A stretch of DNA of 64,000 nt from Fimbriimonadales bacterium. Lineage in GTDB: Bacteria; Armatimonadota; Fimbriimonadia; Fimbriimonadales; ATM1. The stretch is taken from NCBI GenBank assembly GCA_051003155.1, contig JBPCLO010000031.1, forward strand, positions 64,001 to 128,000. The letters are read 5' to 3'. Position 1 is the stretch's first letter, and the number at the start of each line of letters is the position of its first letter. The translations under genes and the position numbers were made by a program. Below, piece after piece: positions 9,565 to 19,636 of this stretch. The notes beneath the pieces were generated by a model. That model was not told the DNA's origin, made no database searches, and was given only the letters and a program-made list of their open reading frames with translations.

Positions 9565-10012
9565 TAGAGGCTATTTTGGCGCATCGGGGCTTACCTTTTC
9601 CCCATCCCCCGGCCCTTCCCCCCTTTCCTCGCGATGGAGATTGTGGCCGGCGCGGTCCGGTTCCCACGAGAATAATGGAAGAGTCTGTGATTGCGGGAAA
9701 TGGCGCAAGGGGATCATAAGATATAAAAAGTGCGGGAACGCCGAAAAGAGAGAAAAGCACGTCCCCGCAATTGTCGCTGCCTGTCGGTAAAAACTGGCGA
9801 GTCGGCATCGAGACCGAGCTTTCAACTGTCGTTGGAGGTTCCCCCGGAGCCTCCGTGTTCATCGCCTCTTAACAGAGAGACGATGCGCTTCCGCAGCAAG
9901 TCGTATCATTTTGCGAGGCCTTAATGTTCATGCGCCATTGGAATACGTGTGGATAACTCGCGCGGTATACTTTACGCTCTGCTTTAATACTCTCGTCCGG
10001 AGGAATCTCCCC

Positions 10013-10942
10013 TTGGCAGCTGCCATCAAAATTGAAAACCTCACCAAGACGTACTCGTCCCGTGGACGCAAAACGAACGTGGTCGACCATGTCGATCTCG
10101 AGGTCGAGGAAGGCGAAATCTTCGGGTTCCTGGGGCCGAATGGCGCCGGAAAGACCACGACGATCAAGATGCTTCTGAACATCATCTATCCCAACGAGGG
10201 CACGGCCTATGTGTTGGGCAAGGAGATCGGCGATATCTCGATCCATAGCAAGCTCAGCTACCTGCCGGAAAAACCGTATTACTACGAGCATATGACCGGT
10301 ATGGAGATTCTTCATTTCTACGGCAAGCTGTTCGGGATGAAAGAGCCGCATCGCTCAAAGCGGGCGAAGGAGCTGCTTCAGAAGGTCGGCCTCGGCGATG
10401 CAGGATCTAAGCCGATAGCCCAATTCTCCAAGGGCATGCAGCAGCGAATCGGTCTGGCGCAGAGCCTCCTCAACGAGCCGATGCTCCTCTTTCTCGACGA
10501 GCCGACCGGCGGCCTCGATCCCATCGCTCACATCGAGATCCGTGACCTTATCTTGCAGATGCGCAATGAGGGCAAGACGATCTTCATTTCCAGCCACGAG
10601 CTCTCCGACGTCGAACGAATTTGCGATCGCGTCGCTATCATCGACCGCGGCCGCATCGTGATGCAGGGCAAGCTCGATACGCTCCTTGCGGGAGGCCGGG
10701 TGGAGATCACGGCGGAGAACGTCCCTGACTCGGTCGCGGCGTCTCTTAGTACCGACGGAGTGATTACTTCAATGCACGCCGGACGGCTTATCGTGGACGC
10801 CCCGGACACCGCTCCGACCGACGGAGTGCTGGACGCGATTAGGGCTGGCGGCGCGACGATAGTCAGCGTTATCCCACGCAGAAAGCGCCTGGAAGATCTG
10901 TTCGTGGAAACGATCACCAAACCACGCGAAGAGGCCGGCTAA
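10013..10942 (+). CDS. ABC transporter ATP-binding protein
   Basis: [26 protein letters not shown] start after GGAGGA. Confidence 0.92.
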   Translation: MAAAIKIENLTKTYSSRGRKTNVVDHVDLEVEEGEIFGFLGPNGAGKTTTIKMLLNIIYPNEGTAYVLGKEIGDISIHSKLSYLPEKPYYYEHMTGMEILHFYGKLFGMKEPHRSKRAKELLQKVGLGDAGSKPIAQFSKGMQQRIGLAQSLLNEPMLLFLDEPTGGLDPIAHIEIRDLILQMRNEGKTIFISSHELSDVERICDRVAIIDRGRIVMQGKLDTLLAGGRVEITAENVPDSVAASLSTDGVITSMHAGRLIVDAPDTAPTDGVLDAIRAGGATIVSVIPRRKRLEDLFVETITKPREEAG

Positions 10943-11730
10943 TGTCGCAAATCCTCGCCATCGCCGGGACGACCCTGGGCGAGGCCATTCGCCGAAGGGT
11001 CTTGCTTATCATTCTAATGGTCGGACTTGCGTTCCTGATCATCGCGCCTAGTCTGAGCCAACTAACGCCGCGCGGCCAGACAGATGTGCTGACTTCGATG
11101 ACGCTCGGGATCCTCAAGATTACGGCGGCCATTCTAGCGGTGACGCTCACCGTGTACCTGTTGCCGAACGAGGTGGAACGGCGAACAATCTATACGATCC
11201 TGTCGAAGCCGGTCCAAAGATGGCAGTTTCTTTTGGGCAAGTACCTCGGCAGCGTTGCCGCTCTCGCGCTGATGATCGGCCTCATGGCGATCGTGCTCAT
11301 CATCGCGTTCGTGCTTCAGCAGGGCAGCGTCAGCTTAGCGAGCCTCGACCCGCTGATCAAAGCGCCGATCATGCTGATCTTCCAGATGTCGCTCCTGGCG
11401 GCGGTCGCGATGTTCTTTTCGACGTTCGTGTCACCCGTCGTAAACTTTTTCCTTACGGCCCTTGTTTATGTTTTTGGAACGTTGCTGAACCCGTTTTTCG
11501 AGTCGGTGACGACCAAGCAGAACACAGAATCGGTCAATTTCTTTGCGAGCATCGCGCATTACGCGTTCCCGAACTTCTCGAATCTGGACATCAAAACCGG
11601 GGCCGAGATGGAACAGCAGATTCGAGGCAGCGAGACCGTTTATATGATGAACGGCGTGATTTACGCCCTTGTTTATTGTGCGATCCTTGTGACGCTGGCC
11701 GTGCTCGTATTCGACCGAAGGGAGCTTTAG
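10942..11730 (+). CDS. ABC-2 type permease
   Basis: About 6 TM helices, EVERRTIYTILSKPVQRWQFLLGK, ends FDRREL; coupled to the ATPase. Confidence 0.9.
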   Translation: MSQILAIAGTTLGEAIRRRVLLIILMVGLAFLIIAPSLSQLTPRGQTDVLTSMTLGILKITAAILAVTLTVYLLPNEVERRTIYTILSKPVQRWQFLLGKYLGSVAALALMIGLMAIVLIIAFVLQQGSVSLASLDPLIKAPIMLIFQMSLLAAVAMFFSTFVSPVVNFFLTALVYVFGTLLNPFFESVTTKQNTESVNFFASIAHYAFPNFSNLDIKTGAEMEQQIRGSETVYMMNGVIYALVYCAILVTLAVLVFDRREL

Positions 11731-11731
11731 A

Positions 11732-13054
11732 TTGCGCGGAAAGACAGCAGTACTCGCCGGAATAGCGGCCCTCTTCTTTGGGCAGGGAGCGTTGTCGCGC
11801 GCGATGTTCCCTACTTGGGTAAAGAACTACTCCTCGCACAATATCGGCGTCGCGCCCGGGCTTTCGATCGACCAGCTTCTGGCGTCGGTCGCGGGACTTA
11901 GGGAGATGGTCGCCGGGATTCTTTGGGTGCAAAGCGACCAACTGTTCCACTCAGGTCAGTTCGACGCAATTTTACCGGTTATCCGGCTCGTTACGTGGCT
12001 GAACCCGCGCCAGATCGAGGTATATTCGACGGGCGCCTGGCACATCGGCTACAACTTTACGGATGAACAAAACCGTTCCGATCGGCGCTACATCCCACTC
12101 GCTTTGAGGCTGCTCCAAGAGGGCGTGCAGAGCAACCAGAACACCTATGAGATGTTCCACGAGACGGGCTGGATGTACTACCACAAGATCGACGACAACT
12201 ATCCCGAGGCGGTCGCGTGGTTCGAGAAGGCGAACGAGAAGAGCGACATTTTGCCCGCGCTCAGAAGCATCTTGGCCGCGTCGTACCTGCGCAACGGCCA
12301 GCTCGACGAGGGCTTGAACCACTACTGGAAGCTCCAACAGGATGCGCAGAAGCGGTACGACAAGTCGAAAGACCACCAAGATTGGAACAACAAGGACACG
12401 CAGGAGAAGAACGTGGACAATACGATCGTCCGCATGGCCGCCCGCGGTGTTTTCGGCAAGCGCGACGGGGTCTTCGATGCGTACCCGTACGACACGCACA
12501 ACCCGATCGATCTAAAGTTTTCGGCGAAGGTCTCGGTTCTGGAACCGAAGCTCATCCGCGTGACGGGCACATGGGGAATCCCCACGACGGGCGCTCGCGT
12601 GCGGATGGTGATTCGGGATTCGGACTATAACCTGCTCTGGGAGCCCGCGCCGTCGCTGGACTTCGAGCGCGACAAGAAGAAGACCTACATGCTCGACCCG
12701 CTCTATACGCAGAACGGCCGCTTCGACCGCAAGATAGACATGAGCCGCAACCCGACAATGTATCCCTTCAAGTCGGACAAATTCTTCATCGAGTTTTACT
12801 TCAACCCTCGCAGCGCGCCTCCGCACATCCAAGACCGCGTCGGCTTCAGCGGCGAGGGGATGACGGACAAGAACTTCCTGAACACGACGGAGCGCGAGGG
12901 AACGCGAATTCTATTCGCTCGCCTAGAGGTGACACAGGATCAAATGCTGCGCCGTGGAGACGGCCCGTTCTTTGTAGCGACTCCCGGCTACAAGGAGATC
13001 GAGACGAAGCTCGACGAGGACGTGATCATCCGAAAGAGCCTGCGAATCGACTAA
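11732..13054 (+). CDS. Membrane-anchored TPR-like protein of the ABC operon
   Basis: N-terminal TM segment, helical TPR-like segments, operonic spacing. Confidence 0.7.
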   Translation: MRGKTAVLAGIAALFFGQGALSRAMFPTWVKNYSSHNIGVAPGLSIDQLLASVAGLREMVAGILWVQSDQLFHSGQFDAILPVIRLVTWLNPRQIEVYSTGAWHIGYNFTDEQNRSDRRYIPLALRLLQEGVQSNQNTYEMFHETGWMYYHKIDDNYPEAVAWFEKANEKSDILPALRSILAASYLRNGQLDEGLNHYWKLQQDAQKRYDKSKDHQDWNNKDTQEKNVDNTIVRMAARGVFGKRDGVFDAYPYDTHNPIDLKFSAKVSVLEPKLIRVTGTWGIPTTGARVRMVIRDSDYNLLWEPAPSLDFERDKKKTYMLDPLYTQNGRFDRKIDMSRNPTMYPFKSDKFFIEFYFNPRSAPPHIQDRVGFSGEGMTDKNFLNTTEREGTRILFARLEVTQDQMLRRGDGPFFVATPGYKEIETKLDEDVIIRKSLRID

Positions 13055-13061
13055 GCCGGCT

Positions 13062-14020
13062 CTATTTTGGCCTGAGTCGAATGACTACTGCTGCTGTGCC
13101 GAAACGTCCGAGGCATAGAATCACACCTTTGTTGCTAATGTGGCGTGGAAGAAGCGATATGTCGCGAAGCCTGGGGTCAATTCGTCTAGCATGCTCAGCT
13201 CATAACCGCCCGAGGGGTCTTCGTGCCAAATGGCAGGCCGACTATTCTCGCGGGCGTAGCCTGCCACCGTGCCTACGGCAACACCTCTATCGTTCGTGTG
13301 AGTAACGCTTCCATTACCGGCCCCCTGTGTGGGCAATTGATATATTACGCCCTTCTTGAAAACTATTGGCTCGAAGTCGTATTCTTGTACGGCGGTCCTA
13401 GCAATCGTGCCCGCGCCCGTGAGGGCACGTGGTATGAAGCCGCGCGGAATCGGACAACCTGCCCGCGGCCGTAGTAAAAAGTCCACTGGCCGTGTGCGTC
13501 GCCGCCGTACCCTGCAACCATGCCTTCGTCGTTCAGCGCAGACGCATACCAGTGTCGCCGGCGCCGAGGAAGCGCTGTTGACGTTCTATCCATACGCACG
13601 GCTCCCCATCTGAACCAGCTACCACGCCGCGATCATTAATCGCAAAACCGTAGGTCCGATTACTTCGAGACTCTAAGATCGTAATGCCGGTATTCGCAGA
13701 CCACGTGGCCGTGGCCGACTTTTCCCAATCGCGTGATGATAACTGGCCAGCCAACTACCAGGGTTGTTGATGTCCCTCGCCCAGAAATCGGCAATGAGAT
13801 ATCTTCTGTGATCGATGACTGCTCTGGTAGACGCGGGCAACGGCCAGTCGGGAGCGAAGGAGAAGAAGTAATCCTCGCGATCGTTCTGATCCAGATGGGT
13901 ATAAACATAGTTGTAACCTGCCAATGGCACGTACTCGACTATTTCGGTCTCGTACTTGAAGGACGAGGCAAGAGTCGGCGCCATTGCGATTGCTGCAAAC
14001 CCCAATGTGCGAGCGTTCAC
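13062..14020 (-). pseudogene. Secreted HAF-repeat (beta-propeller-like) protein with about 4 frameshifts
   Basis: Signal peptide, then repeats ARDINN / AINDRGVVAG / ALNDEGMVAG / HTNDRGVAVG / ISNKGVI spread over successive frames. Confidence 0.7.
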
Positions 14021-14162
14021 GGGCCAAACGGATTCTAACATTGCTCTCTCACTCTATAATACTCCCCCTAAATCTCTGAACTAAGCCTAAACCTACCATA
14101 AGGGTCCGAATCGGCTCGACAGAGTCGCCGCCCGAAGCCGAGGCAAGGGTACATTCCTTAAC

Positions 14163-15074
14163 GTGCCCATACCTGCGCGCATCACCGGAACCTTTCTCGA
14201 CGAGATCACGCACGACATCCCCTCCCAGAACTGGGACGAGGAGGATTGGCGCAGGGAGTTCGCCCTCTATCCCCAAATCGGCATCGACACGGTCGTCATC
14301 ATACGCGCCGGGTACCGGAACAAGTGCATCTTCCCCGCCCGCTCGATCCCGGGGTTGCTGCCGGTCTACGAAGACCTGGGCGAACTTTTCTTCAGCCTCG
14401 CCGACGAGTACGAGCTGAAGGTCTTTTTCGGGACCTATGACAGCGGGTTTCACTGGCTGCGGCGGAGCTGGTGGAAGGAGGTGGAGCTGAACGACGCGTT
14501 CCTCGAGGAGGCGGTGGGGCGGTACGGCCACCACGCCAGCTTCGCCGGCTGGTACCTGAGCCACGAGACCGGAAAGAACGACGCTCACATCACCGAACTC
14601 TTCAACCACATCGGGCGCAAGTGCAAGGAGCTTAAGGACCTTCCTGTGCTGATCTCGCCCTACCCGCAGGGCGCCAAGCAGATGGGCGAGGCGGCGCTAT
14701 CGCTCGATGAGAGCTTCGAGCATTGGGACCGCATCTTCCAAGCCACGCGCGGCGCGTTCGATATCTGCGCGTTTCAGGACGGGCAGATTCACTACGAGGA
14801 GCTGCCGCGATTCACCCAAGGCATCGGCGAACTGGGGAGGAAGCACGGCGTCACGATCTGGTCGAACGTGGAGACTTTCGACCGCGACATGCCGATCAAG
14901 TTTCCTCCGGCGGACTGGCGCTACCTGCGATTTAAGCTCGAGGCTGCAGCCGGGGTGGCCGAGAAGATCATCACCTTCGAGTTCCCCCACTTCATGTCCC
15001 CGCACTCCTGCTACCCCGCCGGGCATAACCTGTTCAAGCGTTACTGCGCCCATCACGGCCCGCCGGTTGGTTAG
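14163..15074 (+). CDS. DUF4434-family putative glycoside hydrolase
   Basis: ITGTFLDEITHDIPSQNW, GIDTVVIIRAG, GWYLSHE, AFQDG, WSNVETFDRD. Confidence 0.8.
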   Translation: MPIPARITGTFLDEITHDIPSQNWDEEDWRREFALYPQIGIDTVVIIRAGYRNKCIFPARSIPGLLPVYEDLGELFFSLADEYELKVFFGTYDSGFHWLRRSWWKEVELNDAFLEEAVGRYGHHASFAGWYLSHETGKNDAHITELFNHIGRKCKELKDLPVLISPYPQGAKQMGEAALSLDESFEHWDRIFQATRGAFDICAFQDGQIHYEELPRFTQGIGELGRKHGVTIWSNVETFDRDMPIKFPPADWRYLRFKLEAAAGVAEKIITFEFPHFMSPHSCYPAGHNLFKRYCAHHGPPVG

Positions 15075-15434
15075 TGGAATGCCGGCTCGTCGGGTCGGAA
15101 CTGTCGAAGGCTCGAGGTCGCGGATCGTCAGGCTCATAGCCGCGAGTTCGGCATCGTCCACCGCCGAGCTTTGCTGCAGCCGTTGGGCTAGGCGACGGAG
15201 CGCCGCTTCGTAGGTCCGCGCCGATTGTCCTTTGTCGCCTTGACTGCACTCACCGCTTTCTGAGCGGAAAGATGTGCGGGATACTCGGTGTCCCAGGCCG
15301 TGCCCTGCGCGTTCATCGTGGGCACGTCCAGGTCGAGGGCAGTCGGGCCCAAATTCGCATTTACGTTACGCTCGAAAATTGCTCCAAAATCCGTCGAAAC
15401 CAGGGTCGTCACCGGGGATGAAGTCAGGGGGCAT
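15075..15434 (-). pseudogene. Frameshifted, truncated conserved hypothetical protein
   Basis: AAGGAG then ATG: MPPDFIPGDDPGFDGFWSNF / NVNANLG...AWDTEYPAHLSAQKA...KD / YEAALRRLAQRLQQSSAVDDAELAAMSLTIRD, across two frameshifts. Confidence 0.55.
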
Positions 15435-15496
15435 GGATAAATCTCCTTGAGCCTGGGCCGAACGGCCCTGCGGCTAACTTCAACCATATCCGCTAC

Positions 15497-15564
15497 TGAC
15501 CTCAGCGGTGCGACTAGTGACCTCAGCGGTGGAGCCTCTGACCTCAGCGGTGGAGCTGCTGACC
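15497..15564. repeat. 21-bp tandem repeat, 3 copies plus partial
   Basis: TGACCTCAGCGGTG-N7 units at 15497, 15518, 15539. Confidence 0.9.
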
Positions 15565-15587
15565 CTTAGAGCCTTGGCACCGGTCCA

Positions 15588-16790
15588 ATGATCTTTGGAA
15601 AGCATACCGTACTCGTATTGATGCTTAGTGCACTTCCCCTTTTAGCGCTCGCTCTGCCCCAGCCGATAGTCCCCGGCGTGACGACCACCGGCTATCCATA
15701 CGTCGGTAAGTTTGGCAACGACACAGATGGCTACTTCGCGAGCTGCACGTCCATTGGCAGTCGCTATATCTTAACAGCGCTGCACAACATTGGCGGGGGC
15801 GGCGACACTACTTTTAAGGCGATCATCGGCTCCACCGAGTACGATTCGGTGAACGTGCGCCGGTTTCCGTACGGCCAGTACGATCTTGCAGTCATCGAGC
15901 TCGATCAGGCGTTTCCTCAGGGGCAGTGGTATGCTATCTACACCGGATCGTCTGAGGCCAACATGCTCACTACGATGGTCGGCTACGGGCAGAGAGGCAT
16001 ATACGACCCCTTTAACAATCGGTGGAATACGGAAACTAATAGTTACGGCACGCGCCGCGAAGGGACAGCACCTGTTTTCGAGGTGTTCTCACGCAAAATG
16101 AACCTGCTGTTCGACGGAGGCGACACTCCTAGCTATTCTATCGCGGCTCCCGGAGATTCGGGTGGCGCGGCGTTCGCCACCTTGTCCGACACAGTTACTT
16201 TGGTAGGAATTGTCACGGGGGACTCTGGATATCCGGCCCAGAATGGTTCTACAACAGAGGTGGCAAGAGTGGGCACGGCACAACTTTGGACTATGGGTTT
16301 CAGCACCGGATTCACACTCTGCCACCTTTACTCAGGTCTCCTCGGTCATGCAACCACGACGAATCCCGAGTGGGTCTATTATTCTGATCAGGTTAGGGCG
16401 CCAGTGGACGGACGGCCTCCTATTACGCCTGGGCTCCCCAGCATTCGCATCGAGTTCCAAGGTCACGCGCCGCACCGAAAAGCCGACGTCGCGAATTTGA
16501 CGTTCACTTTCGAGAGTCGCAGCGATGCGATTCCCGTTACGAATCTGGAGCAGCGGATCGAGCTTTGGGATTGGATTGGCCTCACCTGGGTGTTGGTGTC
16601 AACCACGACACCGTCGTCTGCAGACACTATCGTCGTCGCCGATCCTACCGGTACGAACGACAACCGGTTTGTCGAGGAAGGCACCGAGCTCGTCAAAGCA
16701 CGCGTGAATTGGTATGAAATTGGCGGGCTGACAAGCGCCTCGTGGAAGGTAGAGATCGACCAGGCGAAGTGGACGATCATCAGAAGCTAA
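15588..16790 (+). CDS. Secreted trypsin-like (S1) serine protease with C-terminal accessory domain
   Basis: Signal peptide; LTALH, YDLAVIEL, GDSGG triad. Confidence 0.85.
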   Translation: MIFGKHTVLVLMLSALPLLALALPQPIVPGVTTTGYPYVGKFGNDTDGYFASCTSIGSRYILTALHNIGGGGDTTFKAIIGSTEYDSVNVRRFPYGQYDLAVIELDQAFPQGQWYAIYTGSSEANMLTTMVGYGQRGIYDPFNNRWNTETNSYGTRREGTAPVFEVFSRKMNLLFDGGDTPSYSIAAPGDSGGAAFATLSDTVTLVGIVTGDSGYPAQNGSTTEVARVGTAQLWTMGFSTGFTLCHLYSGLLGHATTTNPEWVYYSDQVRAPVDGRPPITPGLPSIRIEFQGHAPHRKADVANLTFTFESRSDAIPVTNLEQRIELWDWIGLTWVLVSTTTPSSADTIVVADPTGTNDNRFVEEGTELVKARVNWYEIGGLTSASWKVEIDQAKWTIIRS

Positions 16791-16809
16791 ACATTAAAAA
16801 GGAGACGGA

Positions 16810-17484
16810 ATGGTGAAGACTTTGAGAATTTTTTCGATCAGCCTAGTGTTGGCGTGCAGCACGCAGGATGTTTTCGGTTTCTGGTTTTACGGCGGGGACT
16901 GGGATTTCAGATCCTTCCTCGAATCTGGTCGAAACTCGACCCTAGAGGATGCGCGTATATATGAGAACTTCGAACTCTCCGGACCGCTGCAGGTCACTGT
17001 GGTGCTTGGTAACTTCGCGTTAGATGGAGGTCTCCCGACGGAGCTTTATTACGAATTCCGGCAAAATGTCGCGCCAGGAAGCGGCGGCGACCTTCTCGCT
17101 TCAGGAACCGTGGGCGCCGCAGCTGAGATGACAGGGCGGAGTGGATTTGGGTTTACAGAGTGGAGTGTGAGCGGCAACATTCCGATGCTGCAGCTTACTC
17201 CTGGCCAACATTGGTTCACCGTAACCCCCGTGGGAAATGGCGCGGGGCATTTTTACCTGACGACGACAGACGGTCATAATGGTGTCGGGTCCCCACTTGG
17301 TGACGGCAATTCGTATTACGATAGCGACACTTTGGGCGCCGATTTCGATCCCACGTCGGATTGGCTTGGCAAAGGTCTTTGGGATTTCTCGCAGGGCATC
17401 GACAACATCCCCGAACCTGCGACTTTCCTGGCCACGCTCGCCGGCCTCGGTTTGCTTGTTTTCCGCAAGCGCAGACGCGCCTAG
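16810..17484 (+). CDS. PEP-CTERM sorting domain protein
   Basis: Signal peptide; C-terminal IPEPAT + TM + RKRRRA. Confidence 0.9.
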   Translation: MVKTLRIFSISLVLACSTQDVFGFWFYGGDWDFRSFLESGRNSTLEDARIYENFELSGPLQVTVVLGNFALDGGLPTELYYEFRQNVAPGSGGDLLASGTVGAAAEMTGRSGFGFTEWSVSGNIPMLQLTPGQHWFTVTPVGNGAGHFYLTTTDGHNGVGSPLGDGNSYYDSDTLGADFDPTSDWLGKGLWDFSQGIDNIPEPATFLATLAGLGLLVFRKRRRA

Positions 17485-17529
17485 CTCGACAGCGGTGGGC
17501 GATCTGCAGTCTCGAATCTCCCCAGCCGG

Positions 17530-17535
17530 TATAAT
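17530..17535 (+). promoter_or_regulatory. -10 box of SRP RNA
   Basis: TATAAT immediately upstream of the RNA 5' stem. Confidence 0.6.
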
Positions 17536-17538
17536 CCG

Positions 17539-17638
17539 GGGAGCCGGGAACTGCGCGGCGGAACTTCGGCAAACCCCGCCAGGGCTGGAAGGCAGCAACG
17601 GTAAGTCGAACAACCGTGCGACGCACCATTCCCGGCGA
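17539..17638 (+). ncRNA. ffs: Signal recognition particle RNA (4.5S)
   Basis: Helix-8 motif CCAGGGCTGGAAGGCAGCAACGG; terminal stem GCCGGGAA/TTCCCGGC; position upstream of dnaX. Confidence 0.92.
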
Positions 17639-17656
17639 CTTGGAGCCGTTTCCACC

Positions 17657-19291
17657 TTGGCGCACGTAGCCCTCTACCGAAAATATCGCAGCCAAACCTT
17701 CGATGACCTGGTTGGGCAAGACCACATCACGAAGACCATCCAGGCCGCGATCACGAGCGGCCGCATCGCCCACGCGTACCTCTTCGTCGGCCCGCGCTGC
17801 ACTGGCAAAACCATCTCCTCCCGAATCCTCGCAAGCTCTCTCAACTTCGAACATGGCCCGACGCCGACGCCGTGCGGGGTCTGCTCCCTGTGCACCGCGA
17901 TCACCGCCGGCAACGGCGGAGACGTGATCGAACTCGACGCCGCGAGCGAATCCGGCGTGGACGAGGTGCGCGACATCATAGAATCGGCCAAGTACAAGCC
18001 GATGGAGGGGCGATACAAAGTCTTCGTGATCGACGAGGTGCACGACCTCTCTGGCAAGGCGTTCGACGCCCTGCTGAAGACCATCGAGGAGCCGCCAACG
18101 CATGTCGTCTTCATCCTGGCGACGACCGAGCTAAACAAAGTCCCCCTGACGATCCGCAGCCGCTGTCAGCGGTACGAATTTCATCGCGGGTCGATGCGCG
18201 ATTTGGTTTCCCGCCTCGAGTTCGTGTGCCAGAGCGAGGGCATCGAATACGAGCCCGGCGCGCTCACCGCGATCGCTCGGATGGCCGACGGCGGATATCG
18301 CGATTCGCTCACCCTCTTGGAGCAGGCCTATCTCACCGCCGAGGGCAAAATAACCTACGACGGTGTGATGCGGCAACTCGGCCTGATCGACGAGCAGCAG
18401 ACCGACCGCATGCTCGGCGCGGCGCGCGCGGGCGACGTGAAGGACCTTATCCAAGCCGCCGACGAGGCGATCCGGCTGGGCAAGGAGCCCCGCTCGATCT
18501 TGGAGGCGCTGCTGCTGCGGCTGAGCGAACTGACCCACACGCTGATGGGAATGGACGACGGCGGCGACCCGGAGCGGCATGCCGCCGCCCACGCTCTCGC
18601 AAAGAGAATCGGGCAGAGCGACCTCCTTCGTTTTCGCTCTTCCCTCGCCGATGCGCACAGGGAGATCAGGGACGTGTCGCTTCCTCGGCTCTGGCTCGAG
18701 TTGGCTTTGTTGAAGCTGGTGGCAAGTCAACCCGAGGAGATCAACTTCCTCCCAACCTCCCCGAATCTTGCGAGAGGGACTGAACAAACGCCCACAAAAT
18801 CTGCGGACCCGACAGATGCCAACCCTCTCCTAACCCCTCCCAATCTTGCGAGATCGACCGGAGAAACCTCGGCGCTAAAACCTGAACCCGCACCGACGCC
18901 TCAAACTCCGCCCAAGCAGAACGGATCTCCGGCGAAGGGCATGCAAGGCGACGTTGCGACGAAATGGAAAGAGACCGTTGCACATTTTATGTCCACGAAG
19001 CCCGGCACTGGTAAGGCGCTGCAGTCGACATTTGCCAGCAGGGCGGAGGGCAAGACTCTGTACGTGGCATTCGTGCATCGAATGCAGATGGAGCGGGTGG
19101 CTTCGAATGTGAAGGGGCAGCAGGTGATCGTGGAGGGGTTTCGCGAGGTGATCGGCGACCCGGAGTGGCAGGTGCGGTTCGAGCTCGACGCCTCGGCGGC
19201 CGAAGCGGAGAACGTCGCGGTACAATCAGCTGCCGACGGAGAGCAACTCGTGAGCATGGTGGAGCAGGTTTTCGACGTCAAACCGGAGTGA
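17657..19291 (+). CDS. dnaX: DNA polymerase III subunit gamma/tau
   Basis: LYRKYRSQTFDDLVGQ, HAYLF, IELDAAS, VIDEVH, LLKTIEEPP, IRSRC; TTG start. Confidence 0.95.
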   Translation: MAHVALYRKYRSQTFDDLVGQDHITKTIQAAITSGRIAHAYLFVGPRCTGKTISSRILASSLNFEHGPTPTPCGVCSLCTAITAGNGGDVIELDAASESGVDEVRDIIESAKYKPMEGRYKVFVIDEVHDLSGKAFDALLKTIEEPPTHVVFILATTELNKVPLTIRSRCQRYEFHRGSMRDLVSRLEFVCQSEGIEYEPGALTAIARMADGGYRDSLTLLEQAYLTAEGKITYDGVMRQLGLIDEQQTDRMLGAARAGDVKDLIQAADEAIRLGKEPRSILEALLLRLSELTHTLMGMDDGGDPERHAAAHALAKRIGQSDLLRFRSSLADAHREIRDVSLPRLWLELALLKLVASQPEEINFLPTSPNLARGTEQTPTKSADPTDANPLLTPPNLARSTGETSALKPEPAPTPQTPPKQNGSPAKGMQGDVATKWKETVAHFMSTKPGTGKALQSTFASRAEGKTLYVAFVHRMQMERVASNVKGQQVIVEGFREVIGDPEWQVRFELDASAAEAENVAVQSAADGEQLVSMVEQVFDVKPE

Positions 19292-19302
19292 ACGACTAAG
19301 TC

Positions 19303-19635
19303 ATGAAATTGCCAAAAGGATTCGGAAATATGGGCGGCATAATGAAGCAGGCCCAGGAGGCCATGGAGCGCGCCAAGAACCTGGAGCAAGAGCTCGCGAT
19401 GATGGAAGTCGAAGTAGATCGAGGTGGCGTCAAGGCCAAGTTCAACGGCGTTGGCGAGATCCTCGGAGTTAAGATCGACCCGTCCTTAGTGGATCCCGCG
19501 GACATCGAAAGCCTCGAAGACTCGGTGCTTCTCGCTCTGCGCGAAGGCCATGCCAAAGCGAACGATCTTAGGCAAAAGAAAGTCACCGAGATCACCGGCG
19601 GGCTGCCGCTTCCCCCGGGCATGAACCCTTTCTAA
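19303..19635 (+). CDS. ybaB: YbaB/EbfC nucleoid-associated protein
   Basis: MKQAQ...VKIDPSLVDPADIESLED; lies between dnaX and recR. Confidence 0.9.
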   Translation: MKLPKGFGNMGGIMKQAQEAMERAKNLEQELAMMEVEVDRGGVKAKFNGVGEILGVKIDPSLVDPADIESLEDSVLLALREGHAKANDLRQKKVTEITGGLPLPPGMNPF

Positions 19636-19636
19636 G

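Noticed and set aside
17279..17656. N-terminal extension of DnaX in the ORF track
   Set aside because: Overlaps the PEP-CTERM gene and the SRP RNA; the likely true start is TTG 17657
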